Source: Paraphysomonas bandaiensis (taxonomy: Eukaryota > Protista > Chrysophyceae). From it: a stretch of 64,000 bases of DNA. The translations under genes and the position numbers were made by a program. The notes beneath the pieces are model-generated. The model searched no databases. It saw only the letters and a list, made by a program, of their open reading frames with translations, and was not told the DNA's origin. Below are positions 47,081 to 59,097 of the stretch, one piece after another (within the stretch, counting starts at the first letter, position 1; every line of letters begins with the position of its first letter). The DNA is taken from contig CBFFRP010000400.1 of the NCBI GenBank assembly GCA_965644295.1, positions 139,747-203,746 on the forward strand. The letters are read 5' to 3'.

Positions 47081-49759
47081 TCAGCAAAACATGAATGTAG
47101 TTTTGCCTGCAGAGAGCATATGCGCACATCTTTTCGTTCCAACAATTCTCTCTAAGGCCATTCGCTCGTACTTTGTGCATAGTACAAGACAAGAAGTGAT
47201 GACATTCTGTGCTTCACCCAGCGCGTTCACAATCTCGGGATAAAAGTTAGCATATTCGGGTAGGGAATAAAATATTAAGTGCAGTGCTCCTCTGATACGA
47301 AAACGCCTAGAATACAAAAAATTGTTAGTACTATCGCACAGATTCTAATGTACCAATTTTTCTTACCTGAAGAAATGAGAGCGTCCAGAGTAGAGTAGAA
47401 TATCACGCTTTCCATGGAAAAAATAACTCCGCCCACGCGATATTTCACTCTCACGACTGTACTCACACACAAACGCGGCACTAGCCTAAAATAATTCAAC
47501 ATTATATCAATAACACATATTAATGCTAATTCATATCACGTCATGATAGAAAAAAATCATTAGAAAGCCTCCAAAAACTAACCTCTCTTCGAATAAGTTC
47601 ATTCCTAACTCTCACATAACTTAGATAAGAAGGCGTAACTATTAACGTGTGCGCTTGCTTGAGTCTTAACACTTGTGTCAACACGTTATCACAAAAATGA
47701 GAAAATCGTTCATTATCTTCTTCCATTAGTGAGGAGGTAGGCACAACGTAAAAGACCTGTTTGACGCGTGCAACGACGTCACTAATACATCCTTCCGACC
47801 AATCTTTGCGCAGCCGCACTGTACCCATCATACTTTTGCCGAATTCCCGAAATGTCGACTGCAATGATGGATCGTTAAAATTTGAACTCATAATTAGCTG
47901 GCGGTGAGTATCAGAATTTCCATCAAGAAAGTATGGTCGTATCCTAGAGAAATCTACTCCATGATCAACCACGGGCAACTTGTTGGAATGCTTCAAAAGA
48001 AACTCCACGTGACTCCAATTCTGCATATAAAGTACGTCTGCCTGGTGTAAATACACAACCTCAAGAGAGGACAGAAAATCGCTTGGACCTTTATCCTTCG
48101 TATTCTCTATACTTAACCTTAAGCCTAACGGAGAAGCTAGAATGATGTCAGATAGGTAAAAGTCCGAATACAATCGCATATGAGCGCCTTTATAGTCGCC
48201 CATATTCTTTCCCTGGCCGGGATTGAGTTGAATTCCCAGTTTGAGATCGTCATCTAGGTTTCCTGTAAACACAGCTTGCCAATCTTTAGGCTTCTGCTTA
48301 CTCGAGGCATCTTCATCTTCATCGAGAAGGCTATACTCAGACAAGAATTTGTCGTAGTTTGTCACTGTGGTACTCTCTATTCCGAGAAACTCTCGCATTG
48401 TATTAACAAGCTCAAGCGCAGACGAGCGGAATGGACAGAGAATCAAAACACGTGCCCTGGTGTAGCCCTCATCCTGCATAGACGTCGTACCACCATTCTC
48501 CTCGTGCTTATCGTCGTCACTTTCAAATCCGATTTCATCATTATGATCCTCGTCCTGCAGGGACTGTGTAGTGTCAGATTTGATATTCTTCATTTTATCT
48601 TTCTTCGAGGTAGATTTGCTGAGTGCTTTCTTCTTCGCCGCTTTACGTTTCAATTTTTTGTCATTCCGCACGACAATATCCCTGTTACATACATTATCGC
48701 GGTACAATATAGCATTTACACACTGCAAAATATACATAATTAAGTATGTGTGCTATGTATGGAAATGAATACGGGAAGTATATAGGCATACCCTCACACT
48801 GGCATTCATAGAACATACCTGGCATGCATTGTATGAACAGTTAAGTGTCTCAATACAGCAGTTGCTATCATATTATCGTTCGTATGATCTCTTCCTTCAA
48901 TAAACATATCCGCAAATGTAGATAAATATGATAACAAGTTTCGACTGAGTTCATTTGAGATAGACTCTCTAACCACACCCTTCCAAGTCGAATGAATATT
49001 CGGTATATGACCCACTCTACTGATATTTGGTGGTGATGCATTGTTAGTTAGAGCACCATAAAATGTACCCAAACCAGATGACAATGTATTTAAAGGGGAC
49101 AATTTGGATGATTCTTCCTTTGTAGAATTTTCTTCAGAATGTGTAAACATAACGTCAAAATATCCTTCTTGTGGAGAAATTTCTTCATCTTCTTCATAAT
49201 TTTCTTCACTTTCTTCAATATCACTTTTATGAAGTATATCAACTTCAATATCTTCACTTTCACTAACTTCATTCTCATTCATTGGCTCATATGAGACTTC
49301 ATCATTCACTTCATCTTCATCTTCTGTATCAGTCTCTATACTGGTATGTGATCCATCAGTATTGTTCTGTCTTGATAATGAGATCATTGATTGTAAACGT
49401 TCAAATAATGGAATAGAATTTGTACGAATTGGTGGTTCTTTACGTATCTTCTTAGTAGGATGTTGAATATCATTCTTATCTTCATTATTGTCTTGTAAAA
49501 TATCTTGAAAGGACACTTTCTTTGACATTTTTCTTTGAAATAATAATTTTTCATTTTTTTCATATAATTTTCTACGTCCTCTACGTAATCTTTCATCTCT
49601 ATCTTGTGTTTGTCGACGTTGTTTTTTGATATCATGATTAGTATTTGAATTATTATATTCAATGATTTCTTGTCCACCTTCAAACGACCATTCCTTGTCT
49701 GCTGCTGATTTCTTCTTAGATTTCTTCTTTTTCTTTGTTGGAGCTTTTTTATATCCCAT
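47081..49759 (-). CDS. UTP25: U3 snoRNA-associated protein 25 (UTP25/DEF), multi-exon
   Basis: QDEGYTRARVLILCPFR, LYSDFYLSDIILASPLGLR, DFLSSLE, MQNWSHV, DFSRIR, PSYLSYVRVRN, LIFYSLP, LERIVG. Confidence 0.93.
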
Positions 49760-49939
49760 TGTAAGTTACTATGATATGTGTATGATGTCAATAGATGTGG
49801 TTTGTAAAGTATATGCAATATGCAATATGACTATAAGCTATGAGTGTTCCTTGAAATTACTTGACGTCCACTCAAACATACATACCACACAATAAACACT
49901 GTGTACTTATACTGCTGTACTTATATACGTACTGACATG

Positions 49940-50523
49940 TACCTACTTACCTACCTACCTACTGTACTTACGTACCTACCTACCTACCTACCTACATACA
50001 TACAAACATATATGTATACATACATACATACATACATACATACATACATACATACATACATACATACATACATACATACATACCTACATACATACATACA
50101 TACATACATACATACATACATACATACATACATACATACATACATACATACATACCACCATACACACATACATACATACATACATACATACATACATACA
50201 TACATACATACATACATACATACATACATACATACATACATACATACATACATACATACATACATACATACATACATACATACATACATACATACATACA
50301 TACATACATACATACATACATACATACATACATACATACATACATACATACATACATACATACATACATACATACATACATACATACATACATACATACA
50401 TACATACATACATACAAACATACATACATACATACATACATACATACATACATACATACATACATACATACATACATACATACATACATACATACATACA
50501 TACATACATACATACATACATAC

Positions 50524-50554
<31 letters not shown>

Positions 50555-50683
50555 CATACATACATACATACATACATACATACATACATACATACATACA
50601 TACATACATACATACATACATACATACATACATACATACATACATACATACATACATACATACATACATACATACATACATAC

Positions 50684-50714
<31 letters not shown>

Positions 50715-50833
50715 CATACATACATACATACATACATACATACATACATACATACATACATACATACATACATACATACATACATACATACATACATACA
50801 TACATACATACATACATACATACATACATACAT
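49940..50833. repeat. (TACA)n microsatellite, ~0.9 kb, in the divergent UTP25/RBM39 intergenic region
   Basis: Direct observation. Confidence 0.99.
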
Positions 50834-50936
50834 GTATATTTCTCTCCACATCTCTGCAAAACACATTCACATAAATCACATCACAACACCTAAACCCCAC
50901 CACCTCTTTATTCAATTACAACTCTTCGGCTACAAT

Positions 50937-53900
50937 ATGGCGGATGATTTTGATATTGAAGCGTACTTAGAGGCGCAAGTAGATGTAAGTATGCTGCATG
51001 TATGTATGTATATATATCTGATTGGTGTGTATATATACTCATGTATATAACATATAACATAATCAGGGTGCAAAAGAAGAGCCAAAGAAGTCATCTGGAG
51101 ATGAAGTGTAAGTGTTAAGTACTCATATTGTTCGTATCGTATATAATTATAGTGACGCGTATAGTAATTTTATTTTAGTACGTATGTATATATACTGTTA
51201 TATATGCATGGTGTTGTATATATACTGTTGTATATGCATGGTGTTATATATGCATGGTGTTGTATATGCATGGTGTTGTATATATACTGTTGTATATGCA
51301 TGGTGTTATATATGCATGGTGTTATATATGCATGATGTTGTATATGCATGGTGTTATATATATACTGTTGTATATGCATGGTGTTATATATGCATGGTGT
51401 TATATATGCATGATGTTGTATATGCATGGTGTTGTATATGCATGGTGTTGTATATATACTGTTGTATATGCATGGTGTTATATATATACTGTTGTATATG
51501 CATGGTGTTATATATGCATGATGTTGTATATGCATGGTGTTGTATATGCATGGTGTTGTATATATACTGTTGTATATGCATGGTGTTGTATATGCATGGT
51601 ATTATATATGCATGGTGTTGTATATGCATGGTGTTATATATACATGGTGTTGTATATGCATGGTGTTGTATATGCATGGTGTTGTATATATACTGTTGTA
51701 TATGCATGGTGTTATATATGCATGGTGTTATATATGCATGATGTTGTATATGCATGGTGTTATATATATACTGTTGTATATGCATGGTGTTATATATGCA
51801 TGATGTTGTATATGCATGGTGTTGTATATGCATGGTGTTGTATATATACTGTTGTATATGCATGGTGTTGTAGATGCATGGTGTTATATATGCATGATGT
51901 TGTATATGCATGGTGTTGTATATGCATGGTGTTGTATATATACTGTTGTATATGCATGGTGTTGTATATGCATTGTATTATATATGCATGGTGTTGTATA
52001 TGCATGGTGTTATATATGCATGGTGTTGTATATGCATGGTGTTGTATATGCATGGTGTTATATATATACTGTTGTATATGCATGGTGTTATATATACTGT
52101 TGTATATGCATGGTGTAGTATATGCATGGTGTAGTATATGCATGGTGTTATATATATACTGTTGTATATGCATGGTGTTATATATATACTGTTGTATATG
52201 CATGGTGTTATATATATACTGTTGTATATGCATGGTGTTATATATATACTGTTGTATATGCATGGTGTTATATATATACTGTTGTATATGCATGGTGTTA
52301 TATATACTGTTGTATATGCATGGTGTAGTATATGCATGGTGTTATATATGCATGGTGTTATGTATGCATGGTGTTGTATATATACTGTTGTATATGCATG
52401 GTGTTATATATATACTGTTGTATATGCATGGTGATATATATGCATGGTGTTATATATACTGTTGTATATGCATGGTGTAGTATATGCATGGTGTAGTATA
52501 TGCATGGTGTTATATATATACTGTTGTATATGCATGGTGTTATATATATACTGTTGTATATGCATGGTATTATATATGCATAGTGTTTAATATGCATGGT
52601 GTTATATATATACTGTTCCATATTCTGTCCTCTAGTGTTATATACTGTTTTGTAGTCTAGTGTTTAATGTGCATAGTATTTTATGCACGTTATATGTGTA
52701 TGGCGTTATTCATACTGTTACATATAGTGTTTTATATATGCATGGTGTTATATGTGCATGATGTTATATATACCGTTATGTTTTTACTGTTATATATTTA
52801 GAGTTATGTATGAATGGTGTGATGTATGTACTATTATGTATGTATAGTGTTACGTACATGGTATAGCATAGTGGGCTGTGTATGTGTGATCACCTAGTAG
52901 AGGCCATATGGCTGTGTGTTAAATATGTCATATCTTTTGCAGCTGCGTAGTGTGACTGCCTATATTGCATTCATTTCATACTTACTCGGCTGCTACTTTG
53001 CACTCCATCTAATCATACTATTGACATGAATAGGAGCAAACGTGATGACGAGAGCGACTCAAAGTCAAGTAAGAAGAAAGACCGACGATCGTCCAGGTAT
53101 AAATCTCAATTTATGTATTACATATTGTTGCTGTATGAGGTGTACTATGTGTGCAATCATTCGTAGTGCAGTCGTGTTACCAATATGGTATTGTATTTTA
53201 GAAGCCGAAGTCACGGACGCAGTCGGGATAGAAGTCGAAGCAGGGATCGCAGAAGAGATCGTGATCGACGGGACAGACGTAGAGACGACGACAGACGCAG
53301 AGACCGCTCCCGAGATAGAGACAGGTGAGGAAGATAGATTTCTCGTCTTTGTTAATCCAATATCTCTTCTGTATTCTGGTTGTTGCTCTGGCACGACATC
53401 GTCAAATGTACTTATTGATATATAATACCTTTATCGTACCGTATAGAGAGAGGAGGAGTCGACGCGACCGTAGTCGTGACAGGGACAGAAGCCGTGACAG
53501 AACAGACAGAGACCGCCCCCGTGATAGAGATAGGGCGCGAAGCCGAAGCCGGAGTAAGAGTCGCGATGAAAAGAGAACTGAGCGTGTTCGGTCGGTGCCT
53601 CGAGAGGAAGCCCCCCCCGTAGCTGTCCCTGCAGAGCCGCCAGTTGATGAGGCTACATTGAGAGCACAACGTGATTTGGAACGAAGGCAGAAGGAAATTG
53701 ATGACCTCACAAAGGACCAGCGTACTGTGTTTGTCTCGCAGCTGACTATGAAGACCAACGAAAAAGACATTAAAGACTTCTTTTCGCAATTAGGAAAAGT
53801 AAACAACGTAATTATGATCCGAGATAAGTATACTGGACGACATAAAGGTTTCTGTTATGTGGAAATGGCGGACCTCGAGTCAATACCTAACTGCCTGCTT

Positions 53901-55047
53901 CTCAATGGTATACCCCCTGATTTTCAGAAGTTTCCAATTTTGGTTAAAGCATCAGAGGCAGAAAAGAATTTCCTTGCCCGAAAAGATACTTCGGCTTCAA
54001 CATCATATGATAATGGGGGTGGACACAGTGGTGGTGGTGGTGGAAGAAGAAGAGAAGAAGAAAGGCTGGATAGTAGAGTGTACGTTGGAAACTTACATGT
54101 AAACATCACGGAGGAAGATCTCGAGCAAGTGCTATCGCAATTCGGAAGGGTGGAGAGTGTGCACATTCACAGGTTTGTCCTCTGTGTAGACATGTACTAA
54201 TATATTAGTTATATGTCGTAGTTGATATTCACGCACCATTTGTGTTGTATGCTAGTTTCACAACTTTTTCAGGGATGAAGTTGGAACGAGTAAAGGATAT
54301 GCCTTCGGAAAATTTGCTAGAGGTGATTTTTGTACATGTAGATACATACTATGTAGAAGTACTTGATAATGATGTCAGTATGTTCATGTGCTACGACAAT
54401 ATTTTTATTGTACCCTTCTTCATGTCAATCATACAGGTGAAGATGCTGCCACTTGTATCTCCAAGCTATCTGGCCTCGAACTGGCAGGACGATCTATCAA
54501 AGTGGGGTACGTCACCGATGGAGGGGGTATGTCGTCATCTGCTCAGAATGCATCGGGTAATTGGAAGTTGGATGATGACGAGGGTGGAATGCAAATGAAT
54601 GCGCAGAGTCGAGTTATGCTAATGGCCAAGCTTGGACAGGCGGCAGGTCTTGCAATGCCTAATCTTCCGCCCGCAGCTGCATCGCTGATGCGCCCCTCTG
54701 CACCGGTACAGACTACGAAGCAGGAGCCTACGAAGGCACCTCCAGTCGGGGGCGACCCATCACCCTGCTTTTATATCAAGAATATGTTTGTGTTGGAGGA
54801 AGAGACGGGTGAAAACTGGGACCAGGAGATTCAGGAGGATGTCACTGAGGAGTGCCAGAAGTTTGGCGCTGTGCTTCACTGCCATGTGGACAAGAATCGG
54901 TCAGGAGGATACGTCTACTTGAAGTTTGCATCAGTACAGGCGGCAACTCAGGCGGCACAGAGCTTAAATGGTCGTTGGTTTGCTGGAAAAATGATAACCT
55001 GTACTTTTATGCATCCAGCAGAGTACTCTTCAAAATTCAGGGTTTAA
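50937..55047 (+). CDS. RBM39: RNA-binding protein 39 (CAPER) splicing factor, ~7 exons
   Basis: MADDFDIEAYLE start; RS/RD region; RRM1 DQRTVFVSQL..SEAEKN; RRM2 RVYVGNLH; linker LMAKL; UHM KNMF..EEC.KFG..LNGRWFAGK. Confidence 0.95.
51185..52620. repeat. Intronic variant-repeat minisatellite (~16-bp TATATGCATGGTGTT[G/A] and ~14-bp TATATATACTGTTG units)
   Basis: Direct observation; lies within RBM39 intron 2. Confidence 0.95.
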
Positions 55048-55593
55048 GTTATGTGAGCACACCGGTGCAGTAGCCATGTTGTTTTGTAGTCGTAGTGATT
55101 ACGTTTCGTTCACATTATTAAGTGATATAAGAAGAAGCATATGCGTTAATACTTAGTACTTTTATCATTTTTCGCGACTGATAGACTCGTAGTTTACTGT
55201 ATATATGTACATATATTGTATATTCGACATTGTTTATTGTTTCACTGTTGCTATCTTTTACCAGTGTTGTCTAGATAGCATTAATAGTGTTATAAGGAAG
55301 TACATTCAGTTACTGATGTGTGACTAAGTAAAGTGTAAGATATAGCAGTGACTGGGACACAGGTGTTTGTAAGAACAGATGTTAGGTGCATGGTGAATAA
55401 GTTGTGAAGTGTTTAGATTGATAATGTTTTTAATTGAAAGTACGCTGTGTTCAACAAAGCAAGGTTAAGGTTAACGTGTAGAGCAAAGTTAAATGAAATG
55501 TCCTGCATTTACTGAGGAAGTATATATCATAACTTTACATATATTTTTTCTATTCAAGAAGCATGACGACGAGTCCCCCATATACCATACACT

Positions 55594-56374
55594 TCACAAT
55601 ATATACTTCTTAACAAATTCTTCTTGCAGCTCCGCATCATTTCCACAGGCCCATACGAACATGTCTGCATTTTCAGGAACTTTCAAATAATCAAAAATCG
55701 CTATACGATGTTCCATGTTCTCCATAAACTTAGCAAGCCTCTCCTTGCAATGGAACGCTGCCAACGCAAGCTCCCTATTTGATTTCGGAGTCTCCTCTGC
55801 TAGAGCTGAAGCCAAGTGCTTCATTCCTGCTAGCAACGAATCTCCCAAAGCGGCTGCTGCAACTTCAATATCATGACTAGTTGGCCGGAACATTCGAATA
55901 TAGAGCTCTTCTCGTTATCCCGAAGGAAATGATCCCCAATTGTTGCATCAATCAGCTCATAATGCGGTGGACGAATTATGTGTTTGCCTTTAAATCTCTT
56001 ACAGTTTGGATTCTTTGTTATTAAATATTCCCATACAGCCTCATCGTTTCCCTCTCCAAATCCGCATGCATTGAGCACCATTTTGCATGCTATGTAGTTT
56101 GCTTTAATGACGTTCATTTTGTTTCGGCATCTAACTGCAGCAACATGTTATGATGCATCAACATAAAACGTACAATACATAACATACGATATGTCACATG
56201 CTAATGCAAACCTCTTGTGAAAGGTCTTCCTGGAAATTTCTTGCCCATTTTATTGGCAATCACCTTCCAACCACTCCTTAAGCACATGTTATCGCCCTGC
56301 TTGCGAAGCTCTCTCTCATATGCTTTGATTAAGTACTCTTCCATCTCATGTGTCCAGTGAATACGAGAACTCAT
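55594..56374 (-). pseudogene. Myb/SANT-like DNA-binding protein of the PIF/Harbinger ORF1 type, apparently frameshifted near 55900
   Basis: WTHEMEEYLI..GWKVIANKM..|CRNKM...GFG..DEAVWEYLI.KNP..KRFKGK; intron ~56210-56135. Confidence 0.65.
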
Positions 56375-57522
56375 GTAAGAAGGCTGAGCTTCCTCATGAT
56401 ATCTGTTTATAGTGTTATAATATAAGTATAGGCTGATATATATACGTATATACGTTGAGTTCTTCTCATATGAATGATGAATCTTAAGTCTTTTGACACG
56501 ACCCTCTCTCTCCTCCTCCTCTCCCTCTCTCCCCCTCCTCTCTCTCCTTCTCTCCTCCTCTTCTCTCCTCTTCCTCCTCTTCATCATCATCTGTATCCGT
56601 ATATTCATCATATGGTAACATATACACTGTATAATATGCTGCAACAGCTAGTACAGTAACTGCTGCTGCTACTATAGCAATATATGATGCATCAATTGGT
56701 GTTAATTTCTTTTTTCTATCCATCTTAATGTATGCAGCTTAATGAACTGTGGCTATAACTAGCTATGCATATGTATGCATATGTATGTATATATAGATAG
56801 ATGTGTAGAATTACAAAATTACATCAAATTCAAAATTATTCTAGAAATGTAATAAATTATTGTCCACATAATTTACATATATATACAGTAAAATACTCTT
56901 GTAATAAACGCGTTTATGAAAATTTCATTTTTTTACATATACTCTATACATTTTTATGTTAAAAAAACGCGTTTATGGTCAATAAACGCGCTTATGACCG
57001 ACCACCACTTGTGGACGTTTATTGTACAGCAAGCTTTTGAGAGTAGAATTTCTAGGATATTTTCTAAAACCCATATTTTTTAAAGAACCTTAAATACAGA
57101 GTTGTATAAACTCACTGTGTACCTCGATGCATACATATATGAAATATGCAGTACATGTATACCTACATATGTGGAGGTACATACAGTGCAGTGTAACTCC
57201 CTGTGTACCTGGATACATATGTGGAGGTAGAAATTCCTACATGTACCACATAGCACATATAGCAGTATAGCAGTATACCTATACACATATACGGAGGTAC
57301 ATACAACAGTGCAGTGAGCAGTGAGTGTATGTGTCTATGTACACTTGATGTCTAGTAATCACACTCACTGCTGCAGAAAAACTCCTACAATAGAGTTTTT
57401 ATTGTAAAAACAGGTGTTTTTATATAAATACTGCCACTTTTATGCTAAAAACCTATATCGCGATTTCCTTTCGCGGACCCTAATCGCGTTATATCGCGAG
57501 TGGGCTGTATGAATCTCTCCAT

Positions 57523-57673
57523 CGTATCGGCGTCGATTGTATATTTTTGTTCAAAGATGCCTCTAATATTGAGTCAACAATTATCTGTATTCCAGCCGTA
57601 GTTATACTTCAGTAATATAGCAAATATTTGCTTCAATGTATTTCCGAAAAGTTTGATGCTGACTGCCAATACG
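57523..57673 (+). mobile_element. MITE family A, copy 5 (complete)
   Basis: TIRs CGTATCGGC / GCCAATACG; flanked by AT..AT. Confidence 0.85.
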
Positions 57674-57745
57674 ATCTATATGTATATATATATATACACA
57701 CCTCATCAATACAATCCACTCCACACATTACACACACTCCCTCCC

Positions 57746-58630
57746 ATGAAATACTTCTATATCTACATTATCCTTCTACAACTATCCTTCAATCTCTCCC
57801 ACACTATCAATCATATCTTGATCATATTTCCTGATATCGGGAATCATACTGAACGGTTGCATATCTTATCCACTAACATACTCCACATCAATCAATCTAC
57901 TAGCCATCATATACATCAATACATACATTATGAATGTATGATATTTACATACACTCATTTATCATCACAAATCACTTCATTAATCAATCAAACATGTCAG
58001 ATCTATGAATATTATTATGGTCATATAGCGGATCACATGAAATTATTCACACCATCACTTCTTACTATGGCTGGATATTCTCATGTATTAGTGATACGTG
58101 ATAATGTTGTATTGGATTCATCATTTGATGTGTATACTTTACTTCAGATTATGAAACGTAATCATCTATCTGTAGTGTCTCCTGAGATATGTACTGTGGA
58201 TATGGATAACAACTCAAGTTCTATTTGTGGTACTGGTAAAGGTATTGAAGAGGGTGGATATACGACGCATTATATACCACTGTTAGCATCAATGTACTCT
58301 ATTGAGGCTTGGGGGTGCCAGTGGGACCTCTTTGACCCAGGTCTCAACCCCTCCGGTTGGGGGTGCGATAGATATTTCTACCACTATTGTTCGCAACAGG
58401 TGCAAGACTTACGATTAGGGATAACTACGACACAACATGTCACACATTTGAGTTATTTGCCAAAGGATCGCCCTTCATACCCAACAATACCGGACGATGA
58501 AAGATTCAGGTGGAGGTTACGACAGAAATCGATCAAGGAACAAGCAAAGACATGGTTGGAACATTTCCGCTCAGAAAGAGGTGTTACACTGGAAAGAGGA
58601 AAGCCCGATAGGTTGGAATCATTAGTATAG
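57746..58630 (+). CDS. Secreted DUF707-like (putative GT-A glycosyltransferase-related) protein
   Basis: Signal peptide; YSHVLVIRDNV, LSVVSP, AWGCQWDL..SGWGCD..LGI pattern as in DUF707. Confidence 0.55.
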   Translation: MKYFYIYIILLQLSFNLSHTINHILIIFPDIGNHTERLHILSTNILHINQSTSHHIHQYIHYECMIFTYTHLSSQITSLINQTCQIYEYYYGHIADHMKLFTPSLLTMAGYSHVLVIRDNVVLDSSFDVYTLLQIMKRNHLSVVSPEICTVDMDNNSSSICGTGKGIEEGGYTTHYIPLLASMYSIEAWGCQWDLFDPGLNPSGWGCDRYFYHYCSQQVQDLRLGITTTQHVTHLSYLPKDRPSYPTIPDDERFRWRLRQKSIKEQAKTWLEHFRSERGVTLERGKPDRLESLV

Positions 58631-58859
58631 CATAGAGCATCGTGTCAACTCGAAACTTTATCATAATAGTTACTTTATTAGTTCTCCAACTGTGTTCCGT
58701 ACGAATCAAGTATCCGTCGCAGATATCATCGCTCTGTATAATTGTAATATAATATTAAATCAATGTGTTTGCCGAGATTGTAAGATTGCGTAATATCCTT
58801 GTGTCACAATAGCTTTTATTCTAGTTTATTAGTGGCTCAATATAGACTAACTATACAAC

Positions 58860-59070
58860 TATACTGGTAACCATTAATGGTAGTCCAGTTCCAGTAAGCT
58901 ACAATGCCATTAATAGAACGTTCCGGCAGTTATAATGGCCAGTAATACCTAGGAAAAGAATACCGCTCATAATAGATAGTGTGGTGGTCCCTTAATTACT
59001 AATTTACATTAAGAACTTAAATAACAACCCACAAATCGTAACTACATATCATCATTCTTTCGCTCTCTGT
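58860..59070 (-). mobile_element. hAT-like remnant, copy 3 (3' part)
   Basis: Reverse complement of motifs at 32281-32370 and 44040-44125 (CCGCTCATAATAGATAG, TCGTAACTACA.ATCATC, TTTCGCTCTC). Confidence 0.6.
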
Positions 59071-59097
59071 TGGGAAATGCTCATTTTACTTCGATCA

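Noticed and set aside
57450-57509. pogo/Tc1-like terminus (..TTATATCGCGAGTGGGCTGTA)
   Set aside because: No matching opposite TIR found in the window.
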